In this document: positions 13,994-22,113 of the stretch, piece after piece
Layout: each line of letters opens with the position of its first letter
How positions within the stretch are numbered: the first letter of the stretch is position 1
Assembly (NCBI GenBank): GCA_049975345.1
Contig: JBNGDP010000001.1
Coordinates: forward strand, 32,907-96,906
DNA from: Oceanipulchritudo sp.
GTDB taxonomy: Bacteria > Verrucomicrobiota > Verrucomicrobiia > Opitutales > Oceanipulchritudinaceae
Direction of reading: 5' to 3'
Length of the DNA stretch: 64,000 bases
Position numbers and translations under genes: made by a program
The notes under the pieces: generated by a model
Seen by the model: the letters and a program-made list of their open reading frames with translations, nothing else
Database searches by the model: none
What the model was told of the DNA's origin: nothing

Positions 13994-15349
13994 ATGAAAG
14001 TCGTGATTGTTGGTGCCGGCGAAGTCGGCCGCCACCTGAGCCATGTGCTCAGTGATGCCGGCCATGATGTGACCGTCGTGGAACTGGATCCGCGCAGGGC
14101 CTCCGTCATCGACGAGGAGCACAATGTCCGGGTCATCCAGGGGAGCGGCAGCAGCGCGGAGGTCCTCAAGCAGGCCATTGCCGGCCAATGCGACCAGTTC
14201 ATCGCCATGACAAGCAAGGACGAAACGAACCTCATCGCCTGCTCGCTGGCCCGCGTGCTCGGGGCCAAAACGGTGATCAGCCGCATCCATGACCAGACCT
14301 TCACGGACACTTCCCATGTGAATTACCCGCTCCATTTCGGCATCGATATGATGCTCAACCCCGAGGGGCTCTGCGCCGTCGAGCTGGCCAAGTCGATCCG
14401 CAATCCGGCCCGCATCGCGGTGGAGAATTTCGCAAGAGGGCAGATCGAGGCCCAAAGGATCAAGGTCGACGAGGGGGCCCGTCTGCGGGGCAAATCCCTC
14501 CGGGAAATCAAGCTTCATCCGGAAGTCCGCTTCGGCTTCTACCAGCGCGGGGAGGAACAGGATATTCCCTCGGCGGACACGGTGCTCGAGGCGGGGGACA
14601 CGGTGACGGTGTTCGGCCCTCCCGCGGAACTCTACAAACTGCGCTCCAAGCTGGACCCGCACGCCATCGGGAGCGGGGTCCGGGTCGTCATCTTCGGGGG
14701 CAGCGAAACGGCGGTGGCCCTGGTGCGGCTCCTCAACAATCCCCGCTTCAAGGTCCGCGTCATCGAGCGGGACGAGGAAAAATGCCGCCGCCTGGCCGAG
14801 CGGTTCCCCCAGGTCACCTTCATCAACGGCGACGGCACTTCCCTGCGCCTTCTCGAGGAGGAACATATCGGAAACGCGGATTTCTTTGTCGCCTCGACCA
14901 GCGATGATGAACGCAACGTCATGACCAGTATCCAGGCGGCCAAACTCGGGGCCAGCCATGTCCAGACAGTCATCAACAAGAGCGATTACGAGGAGATCCT
15001 CTACAACCTGAAATCCGCCCTCGAGATCGAGACCATCGTCGCACCCCGACTTGTCACGGCCAACGAAGTCCTCCGGTACCTGTCCGAAGCCCCGTACGTC
15101 GAATTGTTCAGCTTCCCGAAACAAACGGCCCGGATCCTTGAGATCCAGGTTTCCCTCGACAGTCCTTGTGCCGGCAAAACGCTGAAGGAGATTGCCTGGC
15201 CCAAGCACGCCGTGGTCGCGGCCCTTCTGCACAAGTTCCAGGCCAAGGTGCCCGGCGCCGACGACCGGATCCTCGCCGGCGACCGCGTTGTCGTCATCAC
15301 CCGGGAGGAAAACATCGGGGATCTCCTGAAATTGCTGCACCCCTCCTGA
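13994..15349 (+). CDS. trkA: Trk potassium transporter NAD-binding subunit
   Basis: MKVVIVGAGEVG; two RCK N/C repeats; 451 aa; adjacent to trkH. Confidence 0.93.
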   Translation: MKVVIVGAGEVGRHLSHVLSDAGHDVTVVELDPRRASVIDEEHNVRVIQGSGSSAEVLKQAIAGQCDQFIAMTSKDETNLIACSLARVLGAKTVISRIHDQTFTDTSHVNYPLHFGIDMMLNPEGLCAVELAKSIRNPARIAVENFARGQIEAQRIKVDEGARLRGKSLREIKLHPEVRFGFYQRGEEQDIPSADTVLEAGDTVTVFGPPAELYKLRSKLDPHAIGSGVRVVIFGGSETAVALVRLLNNPRFKVRVIERDEEKCRRLAERFPQVTFINGDGTSLRLLEEEHIGNADFFVASTSDDERNVMTSIQAAKLGASHVQTVINKSDYEEILYNLKSALEIETIVAPRLVTANEVLRYLSEAPYVELFSFPKQTARILEIQVSLDSPCAGKTLKEIAWPKHAVVAALLHKFQAKVPGADDRILAGDRVVVITREENIGDLLKLLHPS

Positions 15350-15383
15350 CCAGCCCTCCAGAGAGTCACCCCCGACGGAGCTC

Positions 15384-16856
15384 ATGAACTACGCCATCCT
15401 CTTCAAACTGCAAAGCGTGATCCTGGGGGCCATTACGGTGGCCTTCGCGGCTTCCCTTGGACTGGCGTTCGTTTATGATCATGAAACCACTTCGGACCTC
15501 TCCGTCGTCGGATTTTCCATCAGCTTCCTGGTGGCGGCCTGCCTTTCGCTGGGATGTTTCGTCCTTGGAAAAACCGGAGACAACACCCTTTTCCGCAAGG
15601 AGGCGCTTGCCACGATCGGCTGCGGATGGTTGGTGGCCAGCCTGGTCGGGGCCCTCCCCTACTTTCTCATCCTGCCGGAAGTTTCCTACGTCGAGGCCTT
15701 TTTCGAATCCGCTTCCGGGCTGACCACCACCGGGGCGTCGGTCCTCAGCGACCTTGAATCCCTTCCCCGCAGCCTCCATTTCTGGCGGGCCCTGAGCCAG
15801 TGGATGGGCGGCCTCGGGGTGGTCGTTTTCTTCGTCGCGGTCCTCTCCTTCCTCGGGGCGGGTGCCAAGGTCCTCTTTTCCCGGGAATCCTCGGCCCAGG
15901 CCGCCGACCTCAATACCTCCCGGGTCCAGGAGGGGGTGTTCCGCCTCGTCAAGGTGTACCTGGGCCTGTCCCTGCTTTGTACCTTCGTCTACTGGATGTG
16001 CGGCCTTTCCTGGTTCGAGTCGGTCGTCCACATGTTCACCACCCTCAGCACCGGCGGTTTCAGCACCCGTTCCGCAAGCATCGCTGATTTCGGCAATCCG
16101 GCCCTGGAATGGGCCGTCATCTTCTTCATGACCACCGGGGGGACCAGCTTTCTCCTCATCATTGAAGCCCTGTCCCGTAAATGGCGGGCAATCCGGACCT
16201 CCACCGAACTGAAGGCCTACTTCGGGCTGCTGGCCGGCTTCAGCCTCCTTGTCACCGCCTTTATCCTGATTGACCAACGGGAAGTGCACCCCCTTGCCGC
16301 CCTCCGCATGGCCGCCTTCCAGGTGGTTTCCATCATGACCACCACCGGTTTTGTGACTGCTGATTTTGACCTGTGGCTGCCCGTGACCCACATCATGCTC
16401 CTCGGACTCATGTTCATCGGGGGTTGTTCCGGATCCACCGCGGGAGGAGCCAAGGTCATCCGTTTTATCGTCGCCCTCAAGGTTTCCGCCCAGCAGGTGG
16501 AAAAAGCGTATCGCTCCCGCGTTGTCCGGCCCCTCGAGGTCAATGGGAAAAGCCTCTCTCCCGTGGAGGCCGAAACCATCATGTTCTACCTTGTCCTCCT
16601 CTGCCTCGTCGTGTTTTCCGCCACCCTGCTGATCGCCCTCTTCGAGCCATCCATGAGCTTTCCGGGAATTGTCTCGACCATGGCGGCATGCCTCTTCAAC
16701 ATCGGGCCGGGGCTGGCGGAAATCGGCCCCACCCGCAACTTTGCCGGCCTGCATTCCCATACCCAGTTGTTCCTTTCCCTCCTCATGATCATGGGACGGC
16801 TTGAACTGTTCGCTGTTCTGGTCCTTTTTGCCCCTTCGCTTTGGAAACGCTTTTGA
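15384..16856 (+). CDS. trkH: Trk potassium uptake membrane protein
   Basis: FFESASGLTTTGAS, QWMGGLG, STGGFS, TTTGF, IGGCSGSTAGGAK, NIGPGL, MIMGRLE. Confidence 0.95.
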   Translation: MNYAILFKLQSVILGAITVAFAASLGLAFVYDHETTSDLSVVGFSISFLVAACLSLGCFVLGKTGDNTLFRKEALATIGCGWLVASLVGALPYFLILPEVSYVEAFFESASGLTTTGASVLSDLESLPRSLHFWRALSQWMGGLGVVVFFVAVLSFLGAGAKVLFSRESSAQAADLNTSRVQEGVFRLVKVYLGLSLLCTFVYWMCGLSWFESVVHMFTTLSTGGFSTRSASIADFGNPALEWAVIFFMTTGGTSFLLIIEALSRKWRAIRTSTELKAYFGLLAGFSLLVTAFILIDQREVHPLAALRMAAFQVVSIMTTTGFVTADFDLWLPVTHIMLLGLMFIGGCSGSTAGGAKVIRFIVALKVSAQQVEKAYRSRVVRPLEVNGKSLSPVEAETIMFYLVLLCLVVFSATLLIALFEPSMSFPGIVSTMAACLFNIGPGLAEIGPTRNFAGLHSHTQLFLSLLMIMGRLELFAVLVLFAPSLWKRF

Positions 16857-16916
16857 CCCACGCCCACCGTATGCAAAACTTCCGAACAGTTTTCCCTCTC
16901 CAAACGTCCTAACCCC

Positions 16917-17939
16917 ATGAAGCTGCCACCGGAAACCAGCATCGTCGCCGATTCCCTCTGCAAACGTTTTGGGCGGACGGAGGCCATCCGGGATCTTTCC
17001 TTTACGGTAAAGCATGGCGAAATTGTCGGTTTTCTCGGACCGAACGGTGCCGGAAAAAGCACCACCCTGCGCATCCTGACGGGGGTCCTGCCGGCAACTT
17101 CCGGCCGTTTGTGGGTATGCGGGAAGGCCGTGCCTTGGCACCCCGCGGAAATCCGGAACCGGATCGGCTACATGCCCGAGAGCAATCCCCTGCCGGAAGA
17201 CATGCGGGTGGTCGAGTACCTGCGCTTCAGGGCCCGGATAAAGGGGATTCCCCGGAACAGGCGGAAGGCCCGTATCGAGCAGGCCATGGAAGTGTGCGAG
17301 CTGCACCGGAAAGCGCGCCGGCGGATCATCGGGACCCTGTCGAAAGGATTCCGGCAGCGGGTGGGGATCGCCGACGCGATCCTGGCCGCCCCGAGCATCA
17401 CCATCCTGGATGAGCCGACCATTGGCCTGGATCCGCATCAGGTGATCGCCATCCGCCGTCTTCTGGACAATCTGCGTGGCCAGACCACGGTCATCTTCTC
17501 CAGCCACATCCTCTCGGAAGTGGAAATCTCCTGCGACCGCATTCTCATCCTGAACCAGGGAACACTCGTCGCGGCCGGGACGGCAGCCGAGCTGCGGCGG
17601 GAATTTCTGCCGGGCTGTCATTTCCGCGTGGAAGTGGCCGGAGAGACGGACCGCCTCGGGGAGGAAATGCGTCGCCTCGGGGAGGACTGGTCCGTCGAGA
17701 TCCATCCGCAACCGGACGGGGAATTCCGGGAAATCTCCCTCATCAACCGCACGAACGGGGCCGACGGGGAACAGGTCCTGAGGGAGCTGTTCCAGGAAAA
17801 GAACCTCCGGATACGATCCTTTCATCGCATCCAGCCCAGCCTGGAAGACATTTTCCTGACCGCCACCCGGCGAAGCTGGGAACTTTCCCAGGACGACCTT
17901 GCCGCAGTGGCACCCACCCGGAAAGCAACGAGAAAATGA
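16917..17939 (+). CDS. ABC-2 type transporter ATP-binding protein (GldA-like)
   Basis: Walker A GPNGAGKST, signature LSKGFRQR, ILDEPT, SSH. Confidence 0.9.
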   Translation: MKLPPETSIVADSLCKRFGRTEAIRDLSFTVKHGEIVGFLGPNGAGKSTTLRILTGVLPATSGRLWVCGKAVPWHPAEIRNRIGYMPESNPLPEDMRVVEYLRFRARIKGIPRNRRKARIEQAMEVCELHRKARRRIIGTLSKGFRQRVGIADAILAAPSITILDEPTIGLDPHQVIAIRRLLDNLRGQTTVIFSSHILSEVEISCDRILILNQGTLVAAGTAAELRREFLPGCHFRVEVAGETDRLGEEMRRLGEDWSVEIHPQPDGEFREISLINRTNGADGEQVLRELFQEKNLRIRSFHRIQPSLEDIFLTATRRSWELSQDDLAAVAPTRKATRK

Positions 17940-18700
17940 CCCAGATCCTGCGTCTTACCCTTCATGAGCTGAAGAGCCTGTTTTACGCCCCGAGCACCTA
18001 CATCGCCATGGTCCTCTCCCTGCTCATGATGGGGTTCTTTTATTTCATGACCCTGCTGACGGTAAGCGCCGAGGAACAGGACCAGTTGCCCCCCACGCTC
18101 TTTTTCAGTCTTTTCTGGGTTCCGGTCCTGCTCATTGTCCCGATGCTCACCATGCGCAGTTTCGCCGAGGAACGCCGCCTCGGGACCATCGAGACCCTGC
18201 TGACAGCCCCCGTCAACCCCTCCCAGCTTGTTGTTTCCAAATTCCTCGCAGCCTACTGCTTTTATGTTCTGGTGTGGGGTCTTTCCATCGCTTTCCCGGC
18301 CATTACCTCCTTTTCCCTCCAGCAACCGGAGTTGCACGCGCGCCTCTTCCATGGAGGGGCCATGACCGGCGGGTTCCTCTTCATCGCCCTCTCCGGCTGC
18401 CTCTTCGTCTCCATCGGGATCTTCACCAGCAGCCTGACGCGCAGCCAGTTGGTCGCCGGCATGCTTTCCTTCAGCATCCTCTTCATGCTCATTGTCGGAA
18501 TCGCGGCCATCCACATGCTTCAGCAGGAATTGAGCACCGGCACGCTCCTCTCCGACACGGTTCTCGACTACTTCCAGATTTTCGATCACTTTGACGATTT
18601 CAGCCGGGGCCTCGTGGACACCCGGCCCTTCGCCTATTACCTTTCCGGAACCGTGGCCATCCTTGGTCTTGCCGTCCTTGTCCTCGAAACCAAACGATGA
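17936..18700 (+). CDS. ABC-2 permease (GldF-like)
   Basis: Six TM segments; TMRSFAEERRLGTIETLLTAPV; overlaps both neighbours by 4 bp. Confidence 0.88.
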   Translation: MTQILRLTLHELKSLFYAPSTYIAMVLSLLMMGFFYFMTLLTVSAEEQDQLPPTLFFSLFWVPVLLIVPMLTMRSFAEERRLGTIETLLTAPVNPSQLVVSKFLAAYCFYVLVWGLSIAFPAITSFSLQQPELHARLFHGGAMTGGFLFIALSGCLFVSIGIFTSSLTRSQLVAGMLSFSILFMLIVGIAAIHMLQQELSTGTLLSDTVLDYFQIFDHFDDFSRGLVDTRPFAYYLSGTVAILGLAVLVLETKR

Positions 18701-20181
18701 TCAAGATGTCCAAGTGGGAATCCTACCAGTTCGCAAACCGCCTGAAGTTCCTCAACAACTGCCTGCAGGTGCTGCTCATTTTCTCGCTGATTTTCGGCCT
18801 CAACTATCTGGCCATGCATCAGTTTCACCGCTTCGACCTGACGGAAAACCACCGTTACGCCCTCTCCCCGGAAACCCGGGCCTATATCCAGGAGCTCCCC
18901 GGCCCGATCCGGATCATCGTCACCATTCCCGGCGATTCCCCCCGGCAGGAGGAACAGGTCCTGTACCGCTATGTCAGCCAGCTCCTTCAGGAATACGTCT
19001 ACCAAAGCCGCAGGTCGGGACGCTTTCTCATCGAGGTTGAATACGTCGACATCTACAAGGACCTGGTTCGGGCGGATTTCCTCGCGCGCACCCACGGGCT
19101 CGACCAGCCGGATTCCCTTCTTGTCCTTTCCGGCGAGCGCCAGCGGCTGATCCGGGCCGATGAACTCCTCTCCTTCGCGAACCTGCGGCCGGTGACCTTC
19201 AACGGGGAATCCACTCTCACCTCGGCCATCATGGAGGTGACCCAGGAACAGTCCCCGAAAATCTACTTCCTCCAGGGCCATCAGGAGGTGGAACCCTCCG
19301 ATCCCTCGCCCCAGTTCGGTCTTTCCCATGTCACAAGGGAACTGCAGCTGCGCAATTTCACCATCGCCCGGCTGGATCTCACCAGTATCCCCGAAGTGCC
19401 CGGGGATGCTTCCGCCCTCGTCATCGCGGATCCCAAAGGCCCCCTCCTGACCTCCGAACTCGACAAGATCCGCAGCTACCTCTCCGACCGCGCCGGCCGC
19501 GTCCTGATCTGGGTGCGCCCGGGCGTGGAGACCGGCCTCCATCCCCTCATCGCCGAATGGGGGATCCGCCTCTCCGACCAGGTCGTCATAGAGCCCGATC
19601 CCGGATTCCGCGAAGCCAAGGGCACCCTCCTGGTCCGCAACTTCGGCGAACACCCCATCACCGAATCCCTCATCGAAAACAAGACCTTCCTCCTCTCGGG
19701 GTGGGTCCGCCCGGTCTTCCCGGTGCCCCCGCAGCCGGCGGATGAACGCCTCAGCTTCATCCCCCTTTTCGCCACCTCCCCCGAAAGCTGGGCGGAATCC
19801 TCCTACCAGACCGGCGCCGTCCCCTCCTTTGATCCCGGGGCCGATTTCAAGGGACCCGTCCCCATCGCCATCGCCGCCGAACGCAAGGCCTCCAGCCAGC
19901 TCGGGATCCGCGTCCCGGGCGGCCGGATCGTCGTCTTCGGGTCCGCCGATCTCTTCGCCAACCAGAACATCGCCTCCCTCGGAAATGTGAACCTCTTCTT
20001 CAATACCCTCAACTGGATGCTGGACCGGGACCGCTTTCTCATCATCCCACCGCGCCCGGTGGACTCCTACAAGCTCGCCCTCAGCCGGGACCAACTCCAG
20101 CAACTCGGCCTCCTCTTCCTCATCGTCCCGGGATCCGTCGCCGTGATGGGCCTGCTCGTTCACTGGATCCGCATCTCCTGA
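18697..20181 (+). CDS. GldG-like ABC auxiliary component
   Basis: N-terminal TM, RFDLTENHRYALSPET, IYFLQGHQE, RIVVFGSADLFAN, NVNLFFNTLNWM, C-terminal TM. Confidence 0.82.
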   Translation: MIKMSKWESYQFANRLKFLNNCLQVLLIFSLIFGLNYLAMHQFHRFDLTENHRYALSPETRAYIQELPGPIRIIVTIPGDSPRQEEQVLYRYVSQLLQEYVYQSRRSGRFLIEVEYVDIYKDLVRADFLARTHGLDQPDSLLVLSGERQRLIRADELLSFANLRPVTFNGESTLTSAIMEVTQEQSPKIYFLQGHQEVEPSDPSPQFGLSHVTRELQLRNFTIARLDLTSIPEVPGDASALVIADPKGPLLTSELDKIRSYLSDRAGRVLIWVRPGVETGLHPLIAEWGIRLSDQVVIEPDPGFREAKGTLLVRNFGEHPITESLIENKTFLLSGWVRPVFPVPPQPADERLSFIPLFATSPESWAESSYQTGAVPSFDPGADFKGPVPIAIAAERKASSQLGIRVPGGRIVVFGSADLFANQNIASLGNVNLFFNTLNWMLDRDRFLIIPPRPVDSYKLALSRDQLQQLGLLFLIVPGSVAVMGLLVHWIRIS

Positions 20182-21500
20182 TTTCCCGCCATGCGCTTCA
20201 AACTGACCATCCTCCTCCTTACCCTGAATGTCGCCCTCTTCGGCCTCATCTTCTACATCGACAAGGTCCGCAGCACCCGCAGCCTCTACGATTCCGATAC
20301 CCGCCTCATCCTCGATCCCCTTTTCCTCCAGGGTCTCGATAAAATCGAGATCGCCAGCTCCAACAGCGATATCCGCTGGGAATTCGATAAAGAGGGCGCT
20401 CAAACCTGGCTTGTCCGCTCCCCCATTCACTGGAAAGCCAATCCCTACGCCATCCAGCAGCTCCTCTTTCAACTCAAAACCCTCGCCTGGGAGTCCCGCT
20501 TCCCTGTCAGCCAGCTTCCCCAGGCCGGCCAGTCCCTCGAATCCTACGACCTCGAAGCTCCGCCGCTGCGCATCACTCTCCATAACGGCGCTTCCTCCCT
20601 CCCTCTCCAGCTCGGGGCCCCCACCGAAATCGGCAACCGCCTCTACATGATGTCACCGGATGGTGAATATATATTGGTGATTTCCCGTGGGCTACTGGAA
20701 ATCCTGCAGCGGGAGATGGAATCCTTTCTGGACAAGCGGATCTTCGGTCTGGGGATCGAGGAGAGCCGCGTGATCCAGATCCAGGACCGGTCGGCGAGCA
20801 ACGTACGGGTGCGGCTGGAGCGGGGCCGGGAAGGGTGGCGATTCATCTCCCCGATTGAAGCGCCGGGAGACACGGAACGGGTGGAGGCGATGATTCGGGA
20901 GTGGCAGGGAATGGAAGTGGAATGGGCGGAGGAGAGGCCGGTCTTGGATCCGGGCCTGGAAGGGAATGCGATCCGGTTGACCTTTGAAGGGCTGAACGAG
21001 CGGGAGACGCTGATCCTTGCCCCGACGGCGCTGGAAGGGGAGACCTTCCACCTGGCGAAGCGGGAGGCCTACGGGGCGGTCTTCAAGGTCGGGGCGGAGC
21101 ATGTGGAGCGGTTGCAGAACGCCCAGGAGGAGCTTCGGGAAAAGCGGATTCTGCATCAGCACGCAGCGGACTGGACCAGTTTGAAGATTGAATTCGGGGA
21201 ATTGAGCACGACGCTACAGCAGCTGGAAAGCGGTGAATGGCAGGTTCTGTACACGAGTCCGGGCGAAGGGCTGAGGACCCTGCCTGCGGATTCGAAGGCG
21301 ATCGAGGAGGTGCGGACCCTGGTCCGGACGATGGAGGCGGTCCGCTTTGTCAGCGACGCCCCCTCGGAGAACGATCTGATCCGCTACGGTCTGGACCAGC
21401 CGCAGCGGAGGATCAGCCTGCGAAAGGCATCGGGGGCCGGCATCGAGTTGCGGATCGGGGGAGTGAGTTCCGAGGGCGAGGGAACCCTTCTGTACGGGAC
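19100..21500. other. Strand-composition flip no. 1 (C-rich to G-rich on + strand), centre about 20650-20680
   Basis: Hand counts: 20581-20640 29 C/12 G; 20881-20940 6 C/32 G. Arm limits are approximate. Confidence 0.85.
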
Positions 21501-22107
21501 AACGACCGAGTCGGCATCCGTATTCCTGTTGCGCCCCCATATTCTTGCCGGATTGCCGCTGGATCCGCTGCATTACCGGGAACGAACCATTTTCTCCCTG
21601 CCCGATCCGGCCGGGTTGGCGGATATCCGGCTGCTTGAAAGGGCCTCTGGGGCGGACCTGCTTTCCGGTGAGGTTCCCCCGGAAGCGGGTACCCTTGCCT
21701 CCATCCGGGAAACGCTTTCGGCGTACCTACACGCCGTGGAAGTGGAAAGTTACCTGGACAGCTTTTTCAGCGATCCCCTGAGGGCCGGGGGCGACCGATT
21801 GATCGAGTGGCCCTGGCTGCTCGAGGCCGATGTCACCCATTCCCAGGCTTCCACAACCGCGGAGGGAACGGAACAAAAGGTTCGTTTCCACATCTCCCGC
21901 CGCCTCGGAGGAACAACCCAGTATATCGGGGATCCTGCTTCGGGTCTGGTTGGCAAATTGCCTGTGGATATCATCGAGTGCCTTGATCCTTTGCTGGTGC
22001 GCTTCCCGGAGAACCCCGGCCCGCCGCCGGAGACCGGGGAACCCGCTTCCGCAACGGAGCCGGAAAAGGGGGAACAAGCCGTCATTGAATCCAACCCGGC
22101 CCCCTAG
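20191..22107 (+). CDS. DUF4340 domain-containing protein (repeated domains)
   Basis: N-terminal anchor; repeated YDL/YGLDQPQRRISL and LQLGAPT/LRIGGVS patterns; usual position after a GldG-like gene. Confidence 0.7.
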   Translation: MRFKLTILLLTLNVALFGLIFYIDKVRSTRSLYDSDTRLILDPLFLQGLDKIEIASSNSDIRWEFDKEGAQTWLVRSPIHWKANPYAIQQLLFQLKTLAWESRFPVSQLPQAGQSLESYDLEAPPLRITLHNGASSLPLQLGAPTEIGNRLYMMSPDGEYILVISRGLLEILQREMESFLDKRIFGLGIEESRVIQIQDRSASNVRVRLERGREGWRFISPIEAPGDTERVEAMIREWQGMEVEWAEERPVLDPGLEGNAIRLTFEGLNERETLILAPTALEGETFHLAKREAYGAVFKVGAEHVERLQNAQEELREKRILHQHAADWTSLKIEFGELSTTLQQLESGEWQVLYTSPGEGLRTLPADSKAIEEVRTLVRTMEAVRFVSDAPSENDLIRYGLDQPQRRISLRKASGAGIELRIGGVSSEGEGTLLYGTTTESASVFLLRPHILAGLPLDPLHYRERTIFSLPDPAGLADIRLLERASGADLLSGEVPPEAGTLASIRETLSAYLHAVEVESYLDSFFSDPLRAGGDRLIEWPWLLEADVTHSQASTTAEGTEQKVRFHISRRLGGTTQYIGDPASGLVGKLPVDIIECLDPLLVRFPENPGPPPETGEPASATEPEKGEQAVIESNPAP

Positions 22108-22113
22108 GAGTAC

